From NCBI GenBank assembly GCA_963796105.1, contig CAWCKJ010000008.1, positions 64,001 through 128,000 on the forward strand: 64,000 nt of DNA, given 5' to 3'. This document shows positions 27,019-35,053 of this stretch, piece after piece. This DNA comes from a candidate division FCPU426 bacterium (GTDB taxonomy: Bacteria > Oederibacteriota > Muellerivitia > Muellerivitales > Muellerivitaceae). A program made the position numbers and the translations under genes. The stretch's first letter is position 1, and each line of letters begins with the position of its first letter. The notes under the pieces are model-generated. The model was given only the letters and a program-made list of their open reading frames with translations, had not been told where the DNA came from and did no database searches.

Positions 27019-29388
27019 ATGAAAACCATGAAATGGCCCTTTAGCAATCACAAGCGGTTCGTCCTCTGGTTTTTACTTTGCCTGCTCGGGTTTTATGTCC
27101 TGCTCCGCGCCGCGCCTGTTCCGCTCAAAAAACTTCACGGCGACTATTCCACGGCCTACCTGGCTTCCGATGGAAGCCTTTTGCGTCTTACCCTTTCCAG
27201 AAGCGGCAAGTACCGCCTACCCTTGAGGCTCGATGAAATCTCGCCCCAAGTTGTCCGGGGCTTCACGGCCTACGAGGACCGGTGGTTTTTCTGGCATTAC
27301 GGTGTGAACCCCGTGGCTTTGCTCCGGGCCCTCATCTTGGATTTGACGCACCACAAGATCCTCTCGGGAGCTTCCACCATTACCATGCAGGTGGCCAAGC
27401 TGATGGACCGCAGGCCCAGGACTTTCTGGGCCAAGGGGATCGAGGCATTCCGGGCCATGCAGTTGGAGGCCCGCTATTCCAAGAAACAAATCCTCGAGTT
27501 CTACCTGAACAGCGTCCCCATGGGGGGGAACATCGAGGGAGTGGGGGCGGCGTCGCTTCTTTACTTCGGCAAGCCGGCCAAGCTGCTTTCCTGGGGCGAA
27601 ACTGCCCTTTTGATCAGTCTTCCCCGGTCGCCCGCGGCGAGGCGGCCTGACCGATTCCCGGAAAAGGCGAGGGAGGGAAGGGACAAGGTCCTTGGACAAA
27701 TCCTTCCTATTGTAAAGCCTCCCCAAAGCGAGGCGGAAGAGGCCTACCATTCCATCCTGCCAAAAGGCCGGTATTTAAATCCCAACCCCGCTCCCAACCT
27801 GGTTGAAAGGGCGGCCCAATTATCCAGCCATGCCCCTGGGGTGGTCCAGACGGCCTTGCGGCCCAATTTGCAGGGGTTGGCGATGAAAATGCTGGTGAGT
27901 GCCGTCGCTCCCATAAGAAATCAGGGGGTCCATAACGGAGCGGTCATTATGGTGGACAACCATACGATGAAAGTAGTGGCTTACGTGGGAAGCCCGGATT
28001 TTCACGACTCCCAGGGAGGACAGGTGAACGGGGCCAACATCCCCCGGTCGCCGGGATCGGCCTTAAAACCTTTCCTGTACGGATTGGCGATGGACCGCGG
28101 GTTGATCACGCCTAAGACCATGCTATTCGATATTCCGCGCGATTACGGCGGTTTTAAACCGGCCAATTATGAGGGCAAATACGGCGGGCTGGTTCCGGCG
28201 GAGGACGCCTTGGCCCGTTCCCTGAACATTCCCGCAGTGGGGTTGGAATCCAGCTTGGAATCCATGGGTAACGACGGTTTGGAATTCTGGATCAAGCAAG
28301 CCGGTTGTATCGGGCGGGATCGGGGCCAACTGGAACCTGGATTGTCAGTGGTGTTAGGGGCCTATCCCATGACGGTGGAGGAAATGGTCCGGATTTACGC
28401 GGCCCTGGCCAATGGAGGAAGAATGAGAAGCCTGAGGTTTTTTGAGGATGAGTCCCAAGTCCCGGAGAAGGGAAAGGAGGTTCTTTCCCGGGAAGCCAGC
28501 TACATGGTTTCCGAAATGCTGGCCAAGGTGGAGAGGACGGATATTCCCGCCTCCTGGGAATTTTCCCCCACCCGCGGCAAAGTGGCCTTTAAGACCGGCA
28601 CTTCTTTCGGCCATCGAGACGCCTGGTGCGTCGGATATAACCCGGATTACACCATCGGAGTCTGGCTCGGCAACACGGATAACCAGGGGTCGCCCGCCTT
28701 GATCGGCCATGATGCCGCGGCCCCGGTGGTCATCAATCTCTTCAACGCCCTGACCCGATCCAATGATTCCTGGTTCCAGAGGCCGCCGGGAGTCCAGAAC
28801 CGGAAAATTTGCGCCCTCTCGGGCCAGCCCACGGGCGAGGATTGCAAGGACGTGATCGAGGACATGTTCATACCGGGCGTCAGCGACAACCATCCCTGCC
28901 AGGTTCACCGGAAAGTTTGGATCAGGAAAAAGGACGGAAAAGAGGTTTGCCGCTATTGCATGACGGGCAAACCCGAGGAGTATTACTCCAAAATTTACGA
29001 GATTTGGCCTCCCGACGTGACGCGGTACCTCAGGAGCCACGGTAAAAAATTCGAGGCCATCCCCAGGCATAATCCCGATTGCGCGTATTTCTACTCCCGC
29101 TTCACGCCCCATATCCAATCGCCCAAATCCGATGGGAAATATGAGATTCAGCAGGGGATACCCCTGGAAGGCCAGAGGATGACGTTTTCGGTCCAAGCTG
29201 GCCCGGACGTGGACGAGGTTTATTGGTTCGTGAACGGACGGCTTGTGGGACAGGGAAAACCAGACAAGCTCTTTTTTTGGATCCCTGAACAGGGAAAGTG
29301 GGAGGTCTCGGTATTGGATTCCCAGGGCCGCGCAGACAAGGTGAATATCCTGGTTTTCGACAAGAAGCTGGAGGGTAAAAAGCAATAA
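27019..29388 (+). CDS. pbpC: Penicillin-binding protein 1C
   Basis: EDRWF, GASTITMQVAK, SPGSALKPF, SLN, KTGTS, C-terminal BiPBP-like domain; follows the A2M gene. Confidence 0.95.
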   Translation: MKTMKWPFSNHKRFVLWFLLCLLGFYVLLRAAPVPLKKLHGDYSTAYLASDGSLLRLTLSRSGKYRLPLRLDEISPQVVRGFTAYEDRWFFWHYGVNPVALLRALILDLTHHKILSGASTITMQVAKLMDRRPRTFWAKGIEAFRAMQLEARYSKKQILEFYLNSVPMGGNIEGVGAASLLYFGKPAKLLSWGETALLISLPRSPAARRPDRFPEKAREGRDKVLGQILPIVKPPQSEAEEAYHSILPKGRYLNPNPAPNLVERAAQLSSHAPGVVQTALRPNLQGLAMKMLVSAVAPIRNQGVHNGAVIMVDNHTMKVVAYVGSPDFHDSQGGQVNGANIPRSPGSALKPFLYGLAMDRGLITPKTMLFDIPRDYGGFKPANYEGKYGGLVPAEDALARSLNIPAVGLESSLESMGNDGLEFWIKQAGCIGRDRGQLEPGLSVVLGAYPMTVEEMVRIYAALANGGRMRSLRFFEDESQVPEKGKEVLSREASYMVSEMLAKVERTDIPASWEFSPTRGKVAFKTGTSFGHRDAWCVGYNPDYTIGVWLGNTDNQGSPALIGHDAAAPVVINLFNALTRSNDSWFQRPPGVQNRKICALSGQPTGEDCKDVIEDMFIPGVSDNHPCQVHRKVWIRKKDGKEVCRYCMTGKPEEYYSKIYEIWPPDVTRYLRSHGKKFEAIPRHNPDCAYFYSRFTPHIQSPKSDGKYEIQQGIPLEGQRMTFSVQAGPDVDEVYWFVNGRLVGQGKPDKLFFWIPEQGKWEVSVLDSQGRADKVNILVFDKKLEGKKQ

Positions 29389-29428
29389 ACAGAGGGGGAA
29401 GATTAATAAAATCAATAGACCGCAGGTG

Positions 29429-30414
29429 TATGTTTATGCACAAAGTGACCGTGCTGTAATGGGTTTTGCTAAGGCACATGCGGTCAAAGCACGGTGAAAT
29501 AAGGAATCGGGATCATGACGACGGTTGAACCGATAGGCATATTCACTTAGATACCGGCCTAAATACTTAGCATCAACGCCATGATGAGTTCCAATGATCC
29601 AGGCCTTGGCGTTGGAAATGAACCGGTGTACCCAGGGCAACCAACTTTCCAACTCTTTCGGGTCATTGGCCATCACCCGGTAGTCTGCCTCCACTCCTTT
29701 GAGTTCACGCAAGGCTGGCGAAGCATCTGTGTTGAGGAAAGAGCCTTTTTCCATAGTCTGATTCACGAATTCCTGGCTCTCCCACTTGGTTTCCATAGCT
29801 ACCTTCACCTTGGCAAAACCCGCTTTTTCCTTCTTGCAACCATTCTCATCCACCCATTCCTTGCTTTCCACCGCCACCAAGACTTCCACTTGGTTTTCCT
29901 TGGCCTTTTTCCCAAAAACCGCCCCATCCAACTCAATGACGCCCTTTAGAGTATAGCTTTCGTCCTTTTGCCTAAGACCTTCCCGGATCTTATGCAATAG
30001 AAGCCATGCCGAATGATCCGAAAGATTTAAATGCCGCTTCAGTTCCAGGGCCGAAATACCCCGTTTGCCCTGCATCATCAAACTGATGGCCCTGACCCAG
30101 GTTAAAAGAGGCAGCTTGGAGCTTTCAAAAATCGTCCCGGCGCGAAGCCGAAGACGTTTCCGGCAATAGTCACATTCCCTCACTTCAGGCTTGGCCTGGT
30201 GTTGCCAGAAGCTTTCGCCCTCACATTGGGGACAAACAAAGTCTTTCCCGCCGAAACGGCATCTCCACACCCATTGGCGGGCTTCTTCTTCCGTGTGGAT
30301 TTTCCTCAGAATTTTAATGCTTTTCATCCGCTGGTAGCTCATGTACCACCTCCCGTAGCGGACAGTATACCTATGTATTCCTTTATTTCAAGGGTCACTT
30401 AATACAGAAGCATG
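29429..30414 (-). mobile_element. IS1595 family (ISSod11-like) element, copy 1, 986 bp
   Basis: 8-bp TSD CGCAGGTG at 29421-29428 and 30415-30422; imperfect terminal inverted repeats. Confidence 0.95.
29434..30342 (-). CDS. IS1595 family transposase
   Basis: CPQC..ECDYC Zn ribbon, IELDG, NTD, LPWVH, YLSEYAYRFNRR. Confidence 0.95.
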   Translation of the reverse strand: MSYQRMKSIKILRKIHTEEEARQWVWRCRFGGKDFVCPQCEGESFWQHQAKPEVRECDYCRKRLRLRAGTIFESSKLPLLTWVRAISLMMQGKRGISALELKRHLNLSDHSAWLLLHKIREGLRQKDESYTLKGVIELDGAVFGKKAKENQVEVLVAVESKEWVDENGCKKEKAGFAKVKVAMETKWESQEFVNQTMEKGSFLNTDASPALRELKGVEADYRVMANDPKELESWLPWVHRFISNAKAWIIGTHHGVDAKYLGRYLSEYAYRFNRRHDPDSLFHRALTACALAKPITARSLCA

Positions 30415-30424
30415 CGCAGGTGCT

Positions 30425-30454
30425 TTGTACAAAGGCAAACAATTTTTATATGAT
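30425..30454 (+). promoter_or_regulatory. Candidate sigma70 promoter for the M50-phoH-pdxA-rsmA operon
   Basis: TTGTAC-N18-TATGAT. Confidence 0.5.
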
Positions 30455-30505
30455 ATTTATCGGTAAAAAGAGTTGTTGTAACTTTTCCTCGAAAAGGCGG
30501 AAGAA

Positions 30506-31204
30506 TTGTCGATTAAGAAAAACCTGACCTCATTCCTGATAAAGCTGATCCTGGGTGTTCTTTTGCTTTGGCTGTGCGGCGGGATGGGGGTGGTCCTGGG
30601 AAAAGCCTACACGCGCCTGCCCTGGTCCGACAGGACCACCTGGGTCTTTTTCATCGGCTTCGGGTCTTACCTCATCCTGCACTTCGTCCTGTATAAACCC
30701 ATCCTGAGCCACGTGATGGCCCACGAATTGACCCACGCCCTGGCCGCCGTCCTCATGGGAGGAAAAGTCACGGCCATCCACGCCACCACGAGCGGCGGTT
30801 CCACCACCGTCAATAAGTCCAACATTCTCATCAGTTTGGCGCCTTACATATTCCCCCTTTACACGGTTGTAACCGTGGGGTTGTACTTGTTGGCGGCACA
30901 GCCGTTCAAGATTTACCTGATGGGGCTCATAGGTTTTACCTACGCATTCCACCTGGCGCTGACCGCTTATTCCCTGACTCACCCCCAGACCGACTTGAAG
31001 GAGGGTGGGATGGCGTTTTCCTTGATTTTCATTTTGGCGGGAAATATGATTGGTGCAATGCTACTGACCTCACTTGTTTGGCCGCAAGTATTGCCCCTTT
31101 CCAGCGCGTTTCCTGAAACGTTTCGATGGTCCTGGCGGCTGGCCCTTGGAACGTACCATTGGTTCAAGCCGCATCCCATCCCCCCGGAGGCCCATGTCCC
31201 ATGA
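30506..31204 (+). CDS. M50-like membrane metallopeptidase
   Basis: HELTH (HExxH) in hydrophobic context, LAPY motif, downstream TD. Confidence 0.75.
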   Translation: MSIKKNLTSFLIKLILGVLLLWLCGGMGVVLGKAYTRLPWSDRTTWVFFIGFGSYLILHFVLYKPILSHVMAHELTHALAAVLMGGKVTAIHATTSGGSTTVNKSNILISLAPYIFPLYTVVTVGLYLLAAQPFKIYLMGLIGFTYAFHLALTAYSLTHPQTDLKEGGMAFSLIFILAGNMIGAMLLTSLVWPQVLPLSSAFPETFRWSWRLALGTYHWFKPHPIPPEAHVP

Positions 31205-32529
31205 AAAAAACTTTTGTATTGGACACGAACGTATTGATCCACAATCCGAAGGCCATCGAGTCCTTCGCGGACAATATCGTGGTCATTCCTCTGGGGGTCA
31301 TCGAGGAGCTGGATACCTTCAAGAAATACCAGGATGAGCGGGGGAGGAACGCCCGTGAGGTGGCGCGCCTTTTGGATGATCTACGTTTAAAGGGCCATTT
31401 GCCGGAGGGGGTGCCGCTTCCCAACGGGGGCCTCTTGAAAGTGGATATAAGCACCCCCAACGGCCATTTGCCGGCGTCGCTTTCCGGAATGAAGATCGAT
31501 AACAACATTATTGGCATAGCTTTGGCCCTGAAACAAAAGGGCGAGAACGTCCATTTCGTCACCAAGGACATCAACGTCAGGGTCAAGGCGGACGCCTTGG
31601 GCGTGGAAGCCGAAGATTTCGAGACCAATAAGGTCAACATTGACGAGTTATACGCGGGATGGGCCACCCTGACAGTGGGGGACGCCCAAATCGACGAATT
31701 CTACAAGACTGGAAAGCTATCCATTCAGGACCGCTTGGCCGATAACGTCTTTTACGAGAACCAGTTCCTGCTATTGAAAAGCGATATCCATGAGACCAAG
31801 ACGGCCCGAGGTGTTTACCGCGAGGGCTTGAAGGAAGTCCAAGCCCTCTGGTTCAAGGACCCGGAGGCCTGGGGGATCAAGGCCCTGAACCTGGAGCAAA
31901 ATTTCGCCTTGAACCTGCTTTTAAACGACCGAATCACCATCGTGACCCTGGTGGGAACAGCCGGCACTGGAAAAACCCTCCTGGCCCTTGCGGCGGGACT
32001 CTTGAAAACCATGGACGAGAAAAAATACCGCCGGATCCTGGTATCCCGGCCCATCGTGCCTTTGGGCAAGGACATCGGCTTCCTGCCCGGTTCCAAGGAC
32101 GAGAAGCTCACCAACTGGATGCAGCCCATTTTCGACAATTTGGAGTTCATCCTGGACAAGGGCCACCTCCAAAATGAGGCGGAGGACGTGGACGACAAGG
32201 TCCAATACCTCCTGGATTCCCACAAGCTGGAACTGGAGGCCCTTACCTATATCCGGGGCCGGTCCATCCCCAAGCAGTTCATGATCGTGGACGAGGCCCA
32301 GAACCTCACCCCCCATGAGATCAAGACCATCGTTTCCCGCGCTGGCGTGGGCACCAAGATCATCCTTACTGGCGACCCCTACCAGATCGACAATCCCTAC
32401 TTGGATTCCTCCTCCAACGGCATCGTGTACCTGGCCGAGAGGTTCAAGGGGAACGAGATGTTCGGGCATGTCACCCTCTCCAAGAGCGAGCGCTCCCCGC
32501 TGGCGGCGCTAGCGGCGAAAGTACTATAA
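31201..32529 (+). CDS. PhoH2 family protein (PIN + PhoH ATPase)
   Basis: FVLDTNVL, VTKDINVRVKA, GTAGTGKT, YIRGRS, DEAQN, GDPYQID; ATGA overlap with the upstream gene. Confidence 0.95.
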   Translation: MKKTFVLDTNVLIHNPKAIESFADNIVVIPLGVIEELDTFKKYQDERGRNAREVARLLDDLRLKGHLPEGVPLPNGGLLKVDISTPNGHLPASLSGMKIDNNIIGIALALKQKGENVHFVTKDINVRVKADALGVEAEDFETNKVNIDELYAGWATLTVGDAQIDEFYKTGKLSIQDRLADNVFYENQFLLLKSDIHETKTARGVYREGLKEVQALWFKDPEAWGIKALNLEQNFALNLLLNDRITIVTLVGTAGTGKTLLALAAGLLKTMDEKKYRRILVSRPIVPLGKDIGFLPGSKDEKLTNWMQPIFDNLEFILDKGHLQNEAEDVDDKVQYLLDSHKLELEALTYIRGRSIPKQFMIVDEAQNLTPHEIKTIVSRAGVGTKIILTGDPYQIDNPYLDSSSNGIVYLAERFKGNEMFGHVTLSKSERSPLAALAAKVL

Positions 32530-32533
32530 AAGG

Positions 32534-33018
32534 CAATTTTGAATTATGAATTTTGAATTATAAATTGATGTAGATTTTCAAAATGCGAAAATCAGGACAT
32601 TTTATTGGTGGCCCAAAAACAAAATATAATTCAAACCAAATCCTTCAATTTCGCGTTAAAGATTGTCAAACTTTGTAAAACACTTCAAAGGACCTCTGAG
32701 TTTCTCGCGTCCAAGCAATTATTCAGGTCTGGAACAAGCATCGGGGCAAACATTGAAGAAGCATTAGCGGCCGCAAGTCGAAAAGATTTCGCCTCGAAGA
32801 TGACGATTGCCTTGAAAGAAGCCCGGGAGACCCTATATTGGCTTCGATTGATCCAAGAATCTCAGTTGGTTGAGGGAAACTACTCGTCACAAATTAGTGA
32901 CATAACAGAAATAATAAAAATCCTGACGTCTATTGTTAAAACGACGGTTGAAAAATCATGAAAAAAAGCAAAGCTTTTTCACATCAATTCATAATTCATA
33001 ATTCAAAATTCAAAATTG
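32534..33018. repeat. Heptamer-repeat inverted arms flanking the four-helix-bundle gene
   Basis: 32534-32571 and 32981-33018 are reverse complements at 35/38 positions; units TGAATT(A/T). Confidence 0.92.
32605..32961 (+). CDS. Four helix bundle protein (23S rRNA IVP / bAvd-like family)
   Basis: KSFNFAL, QLFRSGTSIGANIEEA, IALKEARETLYWL. Confidence 0.92.
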   Translation: MVAQKQNIIQTKSFNFALKIVKLCKTLQRTSEFLASKQLFRSGTSIGANIEEALAAASRKDFASKMTIALKEARETLYWLRLIQESQLVEGNYSSQISDITEIIKILTSIVKTTVEKS

Positions 33019-34010
33019 ATGGCGCTCCTTGTGTTGCCATCTCAATGGGTGATCCCGCGGGCGTTGGGCCTGAAGTAACCCTCAAGGCAGTAGCTAGGTT
33101 ATTTAAAAATTCCCGAAGTCGTTTTTGTCTAGTCGGGGATTACCGTTTCCTGGTCTCGTGCGCTAAAAGATTCAAAACCAGACTGCCGCTGTTACAACTA
33201 AGGGAAGAAGACCCATTGATAGTCCCCAAAGGCAAGGTGGGAGTTTTAGACTTGGGCGGGGCGGAAAAGGCCCAATGGGGAAAAATCTCCGCTTCCTCGG
33301 GGACGGCGGCGGTGCATTACATCCTCAAGGGCGCGAAACTGGCCCTGGAGGGTAAAGTTGCCGCCTTGGTGACAGCCCCCATCCACAAGGAAGCCATACA
33401 CAAGGCAGGCTGCGTGTTTCCGGGGCATACCGAACTTCTGGCCCATCTCTCAAACACCAAAAAATACGCCATGATGATGGCGGGGGGGCCTTTCCGAATT
33501 GTCCTGCAATCCATCCATGTTTCCCTTAGGGAAAGCCTGTTCGACGTGACTCGCTCCAAGGTTTGGGAGAAATTGGAGATAACCCAAAAGACCATGACCC
33601 AGTGGTTTGGCATCAAAAATCCCCGGATCGCGGTTGCGGCTTTGAATCCCCACGCGGGAGAGAATGGGGCCTTTGGCAATGAGGAAATTAAGGTTTTGAA
33701 ACCCGTGGTGGCGGCAGCCAGAAGGAAAGGTTGGAATGTCACGGGCCCCCATCCTCCCGATACGCTTTATTACTGGGCCTCCAAGGGAAAATACGACGCG
33801 GTGCTTTGCATGTACCACGACCAGGGACTGATCCCCTTCAAGCTGATGGCTTTCGACATCGGGGTCAACCTGACGCTGGGACTGCCCTTTATCCGGACCT
33901 CGCCGGACCACGGCACTGCTTTTGATATCGCCGGGAAGGGAATAGCGGACCCCTCCAGCATGGTTTCCGCCATCAGAATGGCCGAGACGCTGGCCTTGAA
34001 AACCCGATGA
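32958..34010 (+). CDS. pdxA: 4-hydroxythreonine-4-phosphate dehydrogenase PdxA
   Basis: MGDPAGVGPE, TAPIHK, GHTE, LNPHAGE, MYHDQGL, RTSPDHGTAFDIAG. Confidence 0.95.
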   Translation: MKKSKAFSHQFIIHNSKFKIDGAPCVAISMGDPAGVGPEVTLKAVARLFKNSRSRFCLVGDYRFLVSCAKRFKTRLPLLQLREEDPLIVPKGKVGVLDLGGAEKAQWGKISASSGTAAVHYILKGAKLALEGKVAALVTAPIHKEAIHKAGCVFPGHTELLAHLSNTKKYAMMMAGGPFRIVLQSIHVSLRESLFDVTRSKVWEKLEITQKTMTQWFGIKNPRIAVAALNPHAGENGAFGNEEIKVLKPVVAAARRKGWNVTGPHPPDTLYYWASKGKYDAVLCMYHDQGLIPFKLMAFDIGVNLTLGLPFIRTSPDHGTAFDIAGKGIADPSSMVSAIRMAETLALKTR

Positions 34011-34846
34011 GCCGGATCACCCAGCTATTCAAGGAATATTCCTACCGCCCCAGAAAGTCAGCCGGCCAGAATTTCCTGACTGATCCCGGAATCCTGAAAC
34101 AAATCGACGAGGTCATCCAATGCCCGGAAGGGGATTTGCTGTTGGAAGTGGGGGGAGGGTACGGAACCCTGACCGCGAAACTGGCGGCGAAGGGAAGGCC
34201 TTTGACGGTCGTGGAGGTGGACCACAAGCTTTTCGCCATGCTGGAACAAAGGTTCAAGGACGTTCCCCAGTTGAGTTTGGTGAAGGCCGATATCCTCAAG
34301 CTGGATTTGGTTCCCTTGGCGCCCCTGCCACCTGCAAAAATCACGGTTGCTGGGAATATCCCCTACTATCTCACGACCTCCTTGATGACCAGGTTCCTGG
34401 CCCAATACCACGGCGTTATCCGGAAAATTTACCTGATGGTGCAGAAAGAAGTGGCCTCCAGGCTGGTCGCGGAGCCGGGAACCAAGGCCTATGGGGCCCT
34501 GACGATCTGCGCCCAGTACTATTCCATCCCCAAAATGCTATTAGATGTTCCGGCCCGGTGTTTTAAGCCCAGGCCGAAAGTGGACTCAGCTTTCATTGAG
34601 CTTGAGGTGAAAAACGACCTGCCACTGGATGAAGCGGGGGAGAAAAGACTCTTCGCCCTGACGCGGGCCATATTTCAAAGCCGACGAAAAATATTGTCAA
34701 ATTCTTTGAAATCCCTTGGGAAAACCCAGGAGCAATCCAGCAAGGCTATGGAAAAATTGGGATTGGACCCGCAAATGCGCGGTGAACGATTGGATTTGGG
34801 GAAGTTGATTGAGCTATCCAAAGCCCTGGAGGGCGCGGAATTGTAA
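34007..34846 (+). CDS. rsmA: 16S rRNA adenine dimethyltransferase RsmA/KsgA
   Basis: GQNFL, EVGGGYG, GNIPYY, MVQKEVA, PRPKVDSA. Confidence 0.95.
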   Translation: MSRITQLFKEYSYRPRKSAGQNFLTDPGILKQIDEVIQCPEGDLLLEVGGGYGTLTAKLAAKGRPLTVVEVDHKLFAMLEQRFKDVPQLSLVKADILKLDLVPLAPLPPAKITVAGNIPYYLTTSLMTRFLAQYHGVIRKIYLMVQKEVASRLVAEPGTKAYGALTICAQYYSIPKMLLDVPARCFKPRPKVDSAFIELEVKNDLPLDEAGEKRLFALTRAIFQSRRKILSNSLKSLGKTQEQSSKAMEKLGLDPQMRGERLDLGKLIELSKALEGAEL

Positions 34847-34869
34847 CCCCTTGGGGCGCGTGTTAAGAT
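34841..34869 (+). promoter_or_regulatory. Candidate sigma70 promoter for glmS
   Basis: TTGTAA-N17-TAAGAT with TGn extended -10. Confidence 0.6.
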
Positions 34870-35053
34870 GCGGTTCAATTGTTGGTTTTTAAGTTTTTAG
34901 AAGTCATTGTGCCGATTGTCTTTTAATATATTATTTGGAAATCGGTACTATACCGACCACTTTAAAAGATTTATGGATGGTCGGCATGCGACGAGTGGCC
35001 GCTGAATAGGCGGACAATAACGAAGAAGCAACCCCAGTGCCTGGAGTTTGACC

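Noticed and set aside
248..29415. Many long antisense or overlapping ORFs (e.g. 3652-4617, 5404-6477, 28354-29415)
   Set aside because: Shadow frames of GC-rich genes with no recognisable motifs.
32605..32961. Diversity-generating retroelement (Avd-like gene)
   Set aside because: No reverse transcriptase in the window, and the rsmI repeat differences are mostly synonymous and not adenine-specific, so there is no TR/VR pair.
34876..35053. Canonical glmS ribozyme
   Set aside because: No 5' AGCGCC-P1-GACGAGG order; kept only as a speculative finding.
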